DNA from: a virus | Virus record (IMG/VR): IMGVR_UViG_3300014839_000005 | Span: 64,501 to 128,500 of that record | Direction: 5' to 3' (one strand) | Length of the DNA stretch: 64,000 nt | Part shown: positions 1 through 8,896 of the stretch, one piece after another | Position numbering within the stretch: the stretch's first letter is position 1 | Layout of the letters: each line of letters opens with the position of its first letter | The notes under the pieces: model-generated | What the model was told of the DNA's origin: nothing | Databases searched by the model: none | What the model saw: the letters and a program-made list of their open reading frames with translations, nothing else | Translations under genes and position numbers: made by a program

Positions 1-9
1 TTTTTCCAT
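1..9 (-). CDS. 5' end of a fourth gene of the DHH-RT-RNase H operon (runs off the window)
   Basis: GAGGAGG RBS followed by ATG GAA AAA just downstream of the RNase H stop. Confidence 0.5.
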
Positions 10-36
10 ATTAACCTCCTCGATAAAAATGGAAGA

Positions 37-525
37 TTACTTTGAACCATTCCTTATCAGTTCTATATGGTTTTGGGCGATAATATCAGCCCGATTGTTG
101 AACCGATTGCTTGAGTGGCCCTTGACCCATTGAAATATAACAGACTTGAACTCGGAGGTTTCTTTGTCTATTCTTTTCCATAAGTCAATATTTGCGACCT
201 GTCCTCCACTGGACTTTCGCCATCCATTGGATTTCCAAGTTTCAAAGTAATCATTCCAATTATCACAGACATATTTTGAATCGGTTAGTATGGTACAACT
301 GGTTTCACTGGTTAACTGGTTCTTTTTGGTTAGGTACTGATTCAACTTGTTCAATCCCGCTGCTACAGCGGTAAGTTCCATGCAGTTGTTTGTTGTCCCT
401 CGTAAATGTCCCCCGCCCTCAATAGTATCTTGTTCTGGCGTTACAATAACATAACCGTAACCGCCAGGACAATTTTTTGAAGCATCATTACCGGAACAGC
501 CACCGTCAGTATATATCAGATACAT
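37..525 (-). CDS. rnhA: Ribonuclease HI
   Basis: YTDGGC, TNNCMEL, TDSKYV, WVKGH and NRAD motifs give the full D-E-D-H-D catalytic set. Confidence 0.95.
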   Translation of the reverse strand: MYLIYTDGGCSGNDASKNCPGGYGYVIVTPEQDTIEGGGHLRGTTNNCMELTAVAAGLNKLNQYLTKKNQLTSETSCTILTDSKYVCDNWNDYFETWKSNGWRKSSGGQVANIDLWKRIDKETSEFKSVIFQWVKGHSSNRFNNRADIIAQNHIELIRNGSK

Positions 526-565
526 GGTTTATCCCTTACTTAACAAAGATCAGGTAGGATTATTG

Positions 566-1675
566 TCAAGCAGCTGCTCTCCCGAACTTTCTTTCTTCGA
601 ATTCTTTGAGCATCATCATATACTTTTCGCCCTTTTTCCTGTCTACGCTCATAAGATAGGAAGCGAATCCTTTCAGTTTTCTTATCTCTCCCTTTGTGGT
701 CTTGGCTGCATTTTTGAATTTTGATGTCGCATTAAAAACTGCAGCCCTGAAATTATTTACTACTTTTTTCGGTAGAGATGTTTTTTCATTGACAACAATC
801 CCGCATACTTTAAGTCTGCCGGCATGTGATTTCCAATTTGTTTTATCCTTATTAGGAATAAAACCATAAGCCCACAATAACCTATATACTTTTGTCTGTA
901 TTAATTTCCTCAATTGCCACTTATCATGGGTTTTTGAAGAAAAACACAAATCATCAGCATATCGAGTATAAATGATGTCATTGGCTTGACAATATTCTAC
1001 CATTGACTCATCAAATCCTCTAAGAACTATGTTCGCTATAATGGGAGATGTTGGAAATCCCTGAGCGGTAAATCCATTATAAATACAGAGTTTGATCACT
1101 CTTGTAAGCAGAGATTGATATCCAGTTTTTTCGCAATAATCAGGAATGTGAACAGCTTTGATCTCTTCACATTTATGAGGAAAGTTCTTGTTCTTATTAT
1201 GATATAAAGACGGATGGCATTTTCCTTCCAGCATATATTCATAATACCTGCAATAACGGCAGATATTTTTATTGCCAAATAGGCAATTCTTTAAATGTTT
1301 TTCGGAAATACTGTCAAAAAAACTCTTTATATCAATTTTTCCAAGACTTTTTGCGCCTACATGTTTTTTAGCATTGGTTACAATGCCACGTTTGATGATA
1401 AAACCGTGAACAGCTTCGTTAGGTTTGTACCTTCTGAATATTCTCCAATACACAGCCTTCTGAAGATATTTAAGAGTACCGTCGGGAGCCAGTACCTTTC
1501 TCACGGAACCATCTTTTTTAGGTATTTCAATCTTCCTTACATGCATTGGCAGATCATTAATAATCGTATCAACTTTTTCAAGTGGTTGACCAAAAATATC
1601 TGACAATTTAAAGTTACTGTAAGGAGTTGGTGGTTTAACAGCTTTTTCAGCTGTGGCTTGGTTCTGCTGGTCCAC
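566..1675 (-). CDS. Retron-type reverse transcriptase with a Cys/His-rich insertion
   Basis: NAKKH (retron region X NAxxH), DIKSFF, QGFPTSP, YTRYADD, KVCG (region Y VTG-like); GTG start with AGGAGG RBS. Confidence 0.9.
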   Translation of the reverse strand: MDQQNQATAEKAVKPPTPYSNFKLSDIFGQPLEKVDTIINDLPMHVRKIEIPKKDGSVRKVLAPDGTLKYLQKAVYWRIFRRYKPNEAVHGFIIKRGIVTNAKKHVGAKSLGKIDIKSFFDSISEKHLKNCLFGNKNICRYCRYYEYMLEGKCHPSLYHNKNKNFPHKCEEIKAVHIPDYCEKTGYQSLLTRVIKLCIYNGFTAQGFPTSPIIANIVLRGFDESMVEYCQANDIIYTRYADDLCFSSKTHDKWQLRKLIQTKVYRLLWAYGFIPNKDKTNWKSHAGRLKVCGIVVNEKTSLPKKVVNNFRAAVFNATSKFKNAAKTTKGEIRKLKGFASYLMSVDRKKGEKYMMMLKEFEERKFGRAAA

Positions 1676-2753
1676 TGGTTTCCTCCTGTGTTTTTACTTT
1701 CTCCCTGGCTTCATCGATATTTTGAGCCGCACCTGTTTTTATAAGATCTTCGGCTTTTTTCTCAAATTTGTCATCTGCCTTATCAACACCGTATTTTTCC
1801 ATACCCTCCTCTTTATAGTTATTTGTGATTTTGGAAAAATCATCAATGAAGGATTCGATGCTATCTTCTTTAATAAATCCTCCACCGACATTATAATGGC
1901 CACCACCTTTAACATAATCAAGGTTGGCCAGGAACCTTCCAATATGGAGATCATTCTTTTCAGAATGCCAACGATTGAAGGCGACCTGCAGATGCCATCT
2001 TTTATTCCATACTGAAGATATTCTGATGTTATACTTAACATCAGGCCTTATGAAAGCTTCGGAATATCTGGGAAACTGACCTGTCCTTCTTTGACGAATA
2101 ACGGAAATCTTATTATAGACTTCCATATTCTGCTTTGCTTTCATAACATCGCCACGAAGATCATCAATGACGGATGCGTCGAGATTTAATATGGCGATTG
2201 TTTCATCAAGATCAAATTCTGTATTTACCAGGACTTCGACAATTCTGTTAAAAATCATGTCGTTGGGCTGTATTCTTTCAAGATACGCCCTTATAATCAT
2301 GATAGGACTTGCATTGGTAAAAACAAAATTAACATCCTGATAAAGTGCCGCATCAATCATATTGATGCTTTTAACCAATTCAGGAAGAAGGATGTTTGTA
2401 TTGCATTCTGCCCTATTTTTCTTTAAATAGTTAAAAAGAAGTTGGAATGCTGAATATGCCGCTGGATCATAAATAGTTTCATCATTGATTACCGGCTTAT
2501 GCCCAAGATCTTTATTGGGATGATGGTCTACCCAAAATGTGGATTGTCTGTGATCTTCAAAGTCGAAAATTGATAATGTATCATTCTCCCCAAGATTGAG
2601 TTTTGTGACAAGTTCGTTAAATTTTTCTCCTCTGGAATAAGACATCACAGGATAAAGGCGATAATTGATTTTGTTATTGATTATGTACTTTAAATACAAG
2701 GCGGCACAACAAATCCCGTCTACATCAGCGTGATACACGACATGATGGCTCAT
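1647..2753 (-). CDS. DHH/DHHA1-family phosphoesterase
   Basis: HADVDG, IFDF, WVDHHP and C-terminal GGGHYNVGGG motifs. Confidence 0.85.
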   Translation of the reverse strand: MSHHVVYHADVDGICCAALYLKYIINNKINYRLYPVMSYSRGEKFNELVTKLNLGENDTLSIFDFEDHRQSTFWVDHHPNKDLGHKPVINDETIYDPAAYSAFQLLFNYLKKNRAECNTNILLPELVKSINMIDAALYQDVNFVFTNASPIMIIRAYLERIQPNDMIFNRIVEVLVNTEFDLDETIAILNLDASVIDDLRGDVMKAKQNMEVYNKISVIRQRRTGQFPRYSEAFIRPDVKYNIRISSVWNKRWHLQVAFNRWHSEKNDLHIGRFLANLDYVKGGGHYNVGGGFIKEDSIESFIDDFSKITNNYKEEGMEKYGVDKADDKFEKKAEDLIKTGAAQNIDEAREKVKTQEETSGPAEPSHS

Positions 2754-2820
2754 GGTTCCTCCGGTTTGTTTTAAGTAAAAAAAGGCAGGTAGGGGTAGGT
2801 AAAAAGATAATTAAATCTTT

Positions 2821-2855
2821 CAATATTGTTATTACAGGAATGATATTAAAATAAC
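2821..2855 (-). promoter_or_regulatory. GTTAT-N18-ATAAC dyad motif, copy 1, upstream of the DHH-RT operon
   Basis: Half-sites at 2828-2832 and 2851-2855, followed on minus by AATATTG. Confidence 0.7.
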
Positions 2856-2878
2856 AATATCGAAATAACAAATAACTA

Positions 2879-2913
2879 CATTATAGTTATGTCATATAAT
2901 CATTAAAAATAAC
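2879..2913 (-). promoter_or_regulatory. GTTAT-N18-ATAAC-TATAATG motif, copy 2
   Basis: Half-sites at 2886-2890 and 2909-2913 with a perfect TATAAT adjacent. Confidence 0.75.
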
Positions 2914-2919
2914 AGAGGA

Positions 2920-4314
2920 TTATTTAGATCCGACTTCTTGAAGAGCTTTAAGAAATTGATTATTTAAAGCAGATTTTTGATTGGATAACATCTGAAGATA
3001 TTCATCAGTACCTTTATCTCGATGTTTGAAGATAAAACCATGTTTTCGTGGTTGAGCGACAAAGTTCTGTACCTCAACCTTTCTCTCTTCTTCTGGCAAA
3101 TCAGTATGTGATTTATATCGAACAACCCTACCCTTTACCTGTTCAAGCTGAGGATTGTTCCAATGAGGTTCCATAACTTGCATTAATTTAGTGCCTCTTA
3201 AATCTAGCCCTTCTCCACCAGCTCCAGATATCAACAGTTGTTTTATTTTACCCGTATTATAATTTTTGATAATTTGATGTCTTTGTCCTATAGGAGTTTT
3301 TCCAGTAAATTCAGCATAAGGAACTTTATTTTTTTCTAATAATGATCCAAGAGGCTTAATACCATGCCCGAGATAATTAGAATATGTAACCCCTTTATAA
3401 TTTTTATCTGATTTAAGTTTATTTGCTATTTCACTATATGCCCTCGTGATCTTTGGAGCATCTTTTATATCAGCAGAAAGATTGTATTCTCCAGGATAGT
3501 TTGAAATTTGTCTTGTAGCAGTTAAAAAAGCATTCATTTCTTTTGATTCAGATTTTGATGGCGCAATACCATGTCCTATTTTATATGCAAAAGAAGGATG
3601 TCCCTTTAAGGCCATCTTATAAGCGGCTTCTTGTTTAGGAGACATCTCAACATCAATTTCTTTTTCTTCTACTTTTGGATAATCTTTTGTTGGAGGTTTA
3701 TAATAATCAACTTTTCCTTTAAAACCTTCTTTAATTTCGTTAATATTTTTTGCTACTTGAACTTCACCAGGTTTGATTCCTCTAAATACTCTTGCAAAAA
3801 TATTAGGATTAATTTTTTTAGTTGTTATATATCTTTGATTAAATAGTTTTTCATCTCTTGGAGCTTTCATATTTAAACCCCTCATAATTGGAATTAATTC
3901 ACTTGGCCTATTTCGAAGAGGGGTTCCAGTAAGAAATAATGTTTTATCACCTTTAAGTTGATCTGGAAGATGTGACCTTTGACTATCCATCCTGCCCATT
4001 CTATGAGCTTCATCAAATACCAACATTCTTCCTTTTGCGGATTCAGGGGGTTTATTGTATGAATATGCAGTGACTGGTTCATTAATTTTATGTTTAGCTT
4101 TTTCTTTTGCAAAATTAAATTTTAACGATGCGGGACCGACGACTGTAAGGGGTTTATTAAATGCTTTGCCGGCAGCTAATGCTGTAAGAGTTTTACCAGA
4201 ACCTAATCCGTGATAAACCAAAAGAGCATCTTGATTTTGTAATTTTTCACTTACTCTTTTTTGATGTTCTTGCAATTCGTAAGCAAATTTTATAAGAACA
4301 TTATGATTTATCAT
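2920..4314 (-). CDS. SNF2/SF2 helicase-like ATPase
   Basis: HGLGSGKT Walker A, FDEAH, LTGTP, GGEGLDL, QVKGRVVR. Confidence 0.9.
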   Translation of the reverse strand: MINHNVLIKFAYELQEHQKRVSEKLQNQDALLVYHGLGSGKTLTALAAGKAFNKPLTVVGPASLKFNFAKEKAKHKINEPVTAYSYNKPPESAKGRMLVFDEAHRMGRMDSQRSHLPDQLKGDKTLFLTGTPLRNRPSELIPIMRGLNMKAPRDEKLFNQRYITTKKINPNIFARVFRGIKPGEVQVAKNINEIKEGFKGKVDYYKPPTKDYPKVEEKEIDVEMSPKQEAAYKMALKGHPSFAYKIGHGIAPSKSESKEMNAFLTATRQISNYPGEYNLSADIKDAPKITRAYSEIANKLKSDKNYKGVTYSNYLGHGIKPLGSLLEKNKVPYAEFTGKTPIGQRHQIIKNYNTGKIKQLLISGAGGEGLDLRGTKLMQVMEPHWNNPQLEQVKGRVVRYKSHTDLPEEERKVEVQNFVAQPRKHGFIFKHRDKGTDEYLQMLSNQKSALNNQFLKALQEVGSK

Positions 4315-4317
4315 AAT

Positions 4318-5076
4318 TTAATAAGAGTAATAAGGGCGTGAAGTATCTTTTTTCTTTGTTGATATCATTTTTTTTGCAAGAGAAAGTCCCACAGCTGTAG
4401 TACCTAATGCCATTTTTGATTTACTAAGATTTTCTCCAAAACTGCTTATTTCACGGTCTATAGACATATTGGGGGATTGTTTTTTAACATAAGCTGTTTT
4501 TAAATCTGACAAAGCGTTTCCAAGGTTTTTATAAGATCCAGCAATATAAGAAGGAGATAATTTTTCTTTAGCTTTATTAATGGCGGCCAATGATAAATCC
4601 CCACCAACTCTTAACCCAGCAACAATTTTTGTGCTGAGTGGTACTGTTGCTATTTTTGCAAGTTCATCTCGAAAGGCATATTCAGAAATTTTCATCATTC
4701 TATCTTGAGGTTGTGGAGTATTTCTTAATAAATTCATTATATACATTGAATCTGGGTCTTGATACGATGCCTCATGTAATTTTTTTAAAATTCCAAGTTG
4801 CCCTCTCTGATGTCCTGCTTTATATCCTAAATATCCTGACCCTCCACTAAGCCCAGCCAATCCTAAGCCAATAGCTAATCGTTTTAAAGTTTGAGCCTTG
4901 GGAAGTTTGAAATCTGAAATTTTTTCAAGATTTTCACTAATACCACCTATTAACTTTGTCTTACCTTTTTTCTGTCCTGCCTTATATCCTAAATGAGCTG
5001 AACCAGCAGCAATACCGGCAGCGCCAAGGCCCATAGCTGTTCTTTTAAGAAATGTTTTATTAATATCTACCTTCAT
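4318..5076 (-). CDS. Putative virion protein with duplicated Gly/Ala-rich helices and an AFRDELAKIA motif
   Basis: Two similar LKRxAxGLGxAG...LGYKAG repeats; shares the F-x-D-E-L-x-K-I-A motif with head-cluster proteins. Confidence 0.6.
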   Translation of the reverse strand: MKVDINKTFLKRTAMGLGAAGIAAGSAHLGYKAGQKKGKTKLIGGISENLEKISDFKLPKAQTLKRLAIGLGLAGLSGGSGYLGYKAGHQRGQLGILKKLHEASYQDPDSMYIMNLLRNTPQPQDRMMKISEYAFRDELAKIATVPLSTKIVAGLRVGGDLSLAAINKAKEKLSPSYIAGSYKNLGNALSDLKTAYVKKQSPNMSIDREISSFGENLSKSKMALGTTAVGLSLAKKMISTKKKDTSRPYYSY

Positions 5077-5133
5077 TATTCCTCCTGGTGGTATTTGAAT
5101 AGTCCTATCTAATTATAATATAAATTATTAGAG

Positions 5134-5163
5134 TTGCCAACTCAAAGTTTTGGATGATATAAT
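5134..5163 (+). promoter_or_regulatory. Sigma70-like promoter for the terminase operon
   Basis: TTGCCA-N18-TATAAT with TG at the extended -10 position. Confidence 0.55.
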
Positions 5164-5195
5164 ATTTTATAGTATATTTGGTGTAGAGGCACTCT

Positions 5196-6239
5196 TTGAT
5201 GTCAAAAATACCATTTGAGCGTTTTATCATTACTTTTCTGATTTTGGGAAAAGATGTGGCATTTATTGTGTCTAAACTAAAAGAATTTCATTATCATATT
5301 GATCCAAATGAAGTTAGCGAACTTTTTGAGAATTTAAAACAAACAATATCGCCGAATTTAAAACTTAAACTTGATACGCAAACCCCATGGTCATTATCCG
5401 ATGAACAAGATCAACAATGGCTTAAGCAATTAGGCATATTTGAATATTATGATTATTTAATTAGAAGAACCGCAAACATTACTGGCGACCCGCCTCCTTA
5501 CTTTAAATGGTTTCGAGAAAGTCTTTGGATTCACGCCCATGAAGATGTGATGTCTATTATCAATATTTTTATATTTAATAAAGAACCGCTTGAATCAATA
5601 TCTGATATTATTTCATTCAGATATAAAAAGAAAATTGGTATTGAAGCATTAGAGTGCCATAAAAAAATATATTGGGATTGTGATATTATATCTGCCAAAG
5701 AAGCCTTATATCATTGTATACCATTTCGTAAAAACGCCCTTATTGTCAGAAATATAAAATTTGCCAATATTACAACAATTGTTAAATTAAATGAAGAAGA
5801 AGATGATGGTTCAGATACATCTTTTGTTTTCCATGATAGTAATTACATTAAGTGGAAAATAGGTTATAAAAAACTTACGGTTCCTGGAACTAAAGATTTT
5901 CTCGAACAAGTAAAACAAGATAGTTATTTCAAATACTATGAATCAATGATGATGTCTCAAAGTGTAGAAGTAGAAGAAGAAGCTGGTAATAATGATTTTG
6001 GACCATTTGATAAACGAGTAGTTAAAAGAAGGAATGTTGAAGAACAAAAGGCAAGAGCTGCCAAACACTGGTTAGAATTATATCTTAAGGCCAATGAATC
6101 AATGCCAGAAGGTGAGAAAAAAGGTGAAATAAATTTCTTTGAAAAAATGTCTCAGTTGTCATTGCAATTTGATGACGAAAAAATAATGACAATAGATGAG
6201 CTGCCTGATGTTCTTAAGGATATTAGTGGTGATAGGTAA
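5196..6239 (+). CDS. Hypothetical protein, positional candidate for terminase small subunit
   Basis: 347-aa ORF ending 2 nt before the large terminase; no recognised motif. Confidence 0.55.
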   Translation: MMSKIPFERFIITFLILGKDVAFIVSKLKEFHYHIDPNEVSELFENLKQTISPNLKLKLDTQTPWSLSDEQDQQWLKQLGIFEYYDYLIRRTANITGDPPPYFKWFRESLWIHAHEDVMSIINIFIFNKEPLESISDIISFRYKKKIGIEALECHKKIYWDCDIISAKEALYHCIPFRKNALIVRNIKFANITTIVKLNEEEDDGSDTSFVFHDSNYIKWKIGYKKLTVPGTKDFLEQVKQDSYFKYYESMMMSQSVEVEEEAGNNDFGPFDKRVVKRRNVEEQKARAAKHWLELYLKANESMPEGEKKGEINFFEKMSQLSLQFDDEKIMTIDELPDVLKDISGDR

Positions 6240-6241
6240 AT

Positions 6242-7903
6242 ATGGCATTAACCCCTGTCGATCTTGCTTGTGGTCTATTTTATATCGATGGTGCTCCATT
6301 ACAAATGCCCAAAGAGTCCATGAAGCATTTGTGGCCAATTTATAATAAACCATCCAGTTCTTTACTTCTTAAATTTGGAAGACAAACTCATAAAAGTACC
6401 ACCATCAGCAATCATATAGTTTTACCATGTGCCAAGTATGATAATTATCATGTGCTATATGTAGCTCCCACTGGTAATCAGGTTTCTGTTTTCTCTACTG
6501 ATAAATTAAACTCCAGTCTTCGTGGTTCCCCTGTTATTAAGGCAAATTATTTAAATCCTCAAACTAAAGATCAAGTTTATTATAAAGAATTATGTAATGA
6601 AAGTAAAATCTATTTACGTTCTGCATTCCACTCTGCGGATAGTTCTCGCGGTATATCAGCTGACGAGGTATGTATAGATGAATTACAAGATGTATTATCA
6701 GATCATGTTCCTATTTTACAACAAACAATGTCTCACTCTTTAGCTAAATGGAAAGAGATGTCTAAACGGGTTTCAAATTTACCAAGTCATTTATTTAATC
6801 ATAAAATTTATGCAGGAACTCCTAAGACTGTTGAAAATACTCTTGAGAGATACTGGGCTAATTCAACTCAAAATGAATGGATTATTAAATGTCTTCATTG
6901 TAATAAGTATAATTATATCAATGAATATAACGTAGGAGAAACTTGTTTAATATGCAATAAATGCGATAAACCGATATTTTATGAAGATGGCCAATGGATA
7001 GCGATGAATCCTAAGGGATTTATTGAAGGATATAGATTACCTCAAATAGTTCTTAATTGGATTAATGATAGGACCGATCCTAAAGCTTGGAGAATACAGG
7101 TAATTGAAACAAGGAAGTCATATTCATCCGAAAAATTCTTTAATGAAGTTTTAGCGCTTCCATATGCCAATGCTAAAAACCCATTGAACCCAGATGATAT
7201 TCATAGAGTCTGTAAAGATTATAATATGGTCGATACTCCCGAAAGTTCTAAATATATAGAAAATGCTTCAACAGTTTTTGCAGGTATTGATTGGGGTCAT
7301 GGGGATACAACTACAGGAACATCTTTTTCAATGTTAGCAATTGGTGCATATATACAAAATAGATTTAAACTTTTATTCATAAAAAAATATATTGGCAAAA
7401 TGTCTGACGCTTTATTACAAATAGATGATATGTATGCATTGATAAAAAGATACGGAGTTTCTTTTACAATGGCTGATTGGGGAGATGGTAGAACATCAAA
7501 TGCTGTATTAGTTAAAAAATTAAGTCCTAGAAATTTTGCCGAAGTATACGAACATGGTACTCAAGCTAAAAAAATTAAATGGGATCCAACAAAGGGTATT
7601 TATGTTATTAATAGAACTCAAGTAATGACCGATATGTTTATGGAGATTAAAGAAGATAAAGTTGATTTTTTTAACTATGAACAATTTGATCCTTTTAGAA
7701 TTGATTTTCTCAATATCTATTCTGAATATTCTGAGCAAACAAGAATGACAAGATATGATCATGTTGGAGCTGATGATGCTTTTCACGCTTATATGTTTTG
7801 TCGTTTAGCAGGTATGTTAATTAATGGAGAATTAAATAAGTATCTTGTTGGTGGTGAAAATACGTCTGATAATGACGAAGAAACTGCTATAGCATTACAA
7901 TAG
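6242..7903 (+). CDS. terL: Terminase large subunit (lambda GpA-like)
   Basis: FGRQTHKST ATPase motif, CIDELQD Walker B, CxxC-CxxC zinc finger, nuclease motifs AGIDWG and DDAFHA. Confidence 0.85.
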   Translation: MALTPVDLACGLFYIDGAPLQMPKESMKHLWPIYNKPSSSLLLKFGRQTHKSTTISNHIVLPCAKYDNYHVLYVAPTGNQVSVFSTDKLNSSLRGSPVIKANYLNPQTKDQVYYKELCNESKIYLRSAFHSADSSRGISADEVCIDELQDVLSDHVPILQQTMSHSLAKWKEMSKRVSNLPSHLFNHKIYAGTPKTVENTLERYWANSTQNEWIIKCLHCNKYNYINEYNVGETCLICNKCDKPIFYEDGQWIAMNPKGFIEGYRLPQIVLNWINDRTDPKAWRIQVIETRKSYSSEKFFNEVLALPYANAKNPLNPDDIHRVCKDYNMVDTPESSKYIENASTVFAGIDWGHGDTTTGTSFSMLAIGAYIQNRFKLLFIKKYIGKMSDALLQIDDMYALIKRYGVSFTMADWGDGRTSNAVLVKKLSPRNFAEVYEHGTQAKKIKWDPTKGIYVINRTQVMTDMFMEIKEDKVDFFNYEQFDPFRIDFLNIYSEYSEQTRMTRYDHVGADDAFHAYMFCRLAGMLINGELNKYLVGGENTSDNDEETAIALQ

Positions 7904-7905
7904 CT

Positions 7906-7940
7906 AAAAAAAAGGACCACCCCTGGTGGAGAGGTGATCC
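7906..7940 (-). terminator. Intrinsic terminator
   Basis: On minus: GGATCACCTC-loop-GGGGTGGTCC followed by T8. Confidence 0.7.
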
Positions 7941-7982
7941 CATGAGCGCTTCACTCCCGATATTTTGGAAGCCGAGTGTCCT

Positions 7983-8147
7983 TTAGGCCCCTTTGTGCTC
8001 TTCCGCAGCGGGTTCCTGTTTCGCCTGGGCCGGTCTGGCCTGGGCGGTTTTGGGCATGTTTTTCTCGATGGCAATGCCAACGCCAACACCGGCACTGAAG
8101 CATATCGTGCAAAGCACGACGGTTGTAATAACGGGATGTCCGAACAT
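7983..8147 (-). CDS. 54-aa protein with N-terminal hydrophobic helix (MFGHPVITTVVLCTICFSAGVGVGIAIEK...)
   Basis: AAGGAG RBS 8 nt before ATG, dyad motif upstream, terminator downstream; below the ORF-track cutoff. Confidence 0.65.
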   Translation of the reverse strand: MFGHPVITTVVLCTICFSAGVGVGIAIEKNMPKTAQARPAQAKQEPAAEEHKGA

Positions 8148-8236
8148 AAATGTGACTCCTTATTTTTGACGTGAAAGTCTTATATGACTGTCCAGCCACC
8201 ACCAGACAGCCACATACTAAGCATTATTGCCCAGTA

Positions 8237-8271
8237 CATTATAGTTATACCACATAATGGGTAAAAATAAC
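8237..8271 (-). promoter_or_regulatory. GTTAT-N18-ATAAC-TATAATG motif, copy 3
   Basis: Half-sites at 8244-8248 and 8267-8271. Confidence 0.75.
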
Positions 8272-8338
8272 AATTGAGCAGGAAAGGGTAAGGAAAGGGT
8301 AGACAACCAAGACCTACCCCTCCCTATTCTCACCCGCC

Positions 8339-8425
8339 TCAGTCTGATTCTGTCAATATATTGATGATTATTAACATAATCAGACTGGCACCGATGATAA
8401 AAAAGCCTCTTATAATCGTTTTCAT
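8339..8425 (-). CDS. 28-aa hydrophobic peptide (MKTIIRGFFIIGASLIMLIIINILTESD)
   Basis: GGAGGATTTTATG start context, identical to that of the divergent gene at 8519. Confidence 0.45.
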   Translation of the reverse strand: MKTIIRGFFIIGASLIMLIIINILTESD

Positions 8426-8464
8426 AAAATCCTCCATAGACAAGTGATTAAAATGTCCTTAATT

Positions 8465-8492
8465 GTTATACCATATAACCGTTATAAATAAC
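8465..8492. promoter_or_regulatory. GTTAT-N18-ATAAC motif, copy 4, between divergent genes
   Basis: Half-sites at 8465-8469 and 8488-8492. Confidence 0.65.
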
Positions 8493-8518
8493 TTATATTA
8501 TAAAAAAGGGAGGATTTT

Positions 8519-8896
8519 ATGCCATTTAAAAATAAAGCCCAGATGAGAGCTTGTTTTGCGAAGAAAAATGCCGGTACAGCTGGTAGTTGGAACTGTGAAG
8601 AGTGGGCTAAACATACTCCAAATCCAAAATCCCTACCCGAACATTCCAAAAAAGCATTTGATATCAATTTTATACAATCTCCAGAGTTCGTAAAAATAGC
8701 AAAAAAACTATTTAACCCTGATAAAGCTCCACCCGTACCAGAAGTAGAGTTGGAATCAAGACAGACTGCTCCATTAGTCCAGGATGTTATATCTAAAAGA
8801 GTGGCTAAAAGAGAAAAAGCATCAAAAATGCCTATGCAAAAACAGGCGTCAATGGGTTGGGAATTGGGTGTTACTATTGTTAATTGGGCAAAATAA
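8519..8896 (+). CDS. Small head-cluster protein with an MPFKNKAQ-type domain and KxA(S) motifs
   Basis: GGAGG RBS; N-terminal domain similar to the internal domain of 13261-13755; VKIAK and QKQAS. Confidence 0.7.
   Translation: MPFKNKAQMRACFAKKNAGTAGSWNCEEWAKHTPNPKSLPEHSKKAFDINFIQSPEFVKIAKKLFNPDKAPPVPEVELESRQTAPLVQDVISKRVAKREKASKMPMQKQASMGWELGVTIVNWAK

Noticed and set aside
566-1675. RT as part of a diversity-generating retroelement or group II intron
   Set aside because: Motifs are retron-like (NAxxH, QGxPTSP, YADD, VxG); no TR/VR pair, Avd-like gene, maturase domain or intron structure seen.
2821-2862. 13-bp hairpin as a retron msd
   Set aside because: It coincides exactly with the GTTAT-N18-ATAAC dyad found at nine other sites and lies 5' rather than 3' in the leader.
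7904-8202. ORF-track entries 7904-8095, 7951-8202 and 7965-8174
   Set aside because: Alternative frames over the 54-aa ORF 7983-8147, which has the clear RBS.
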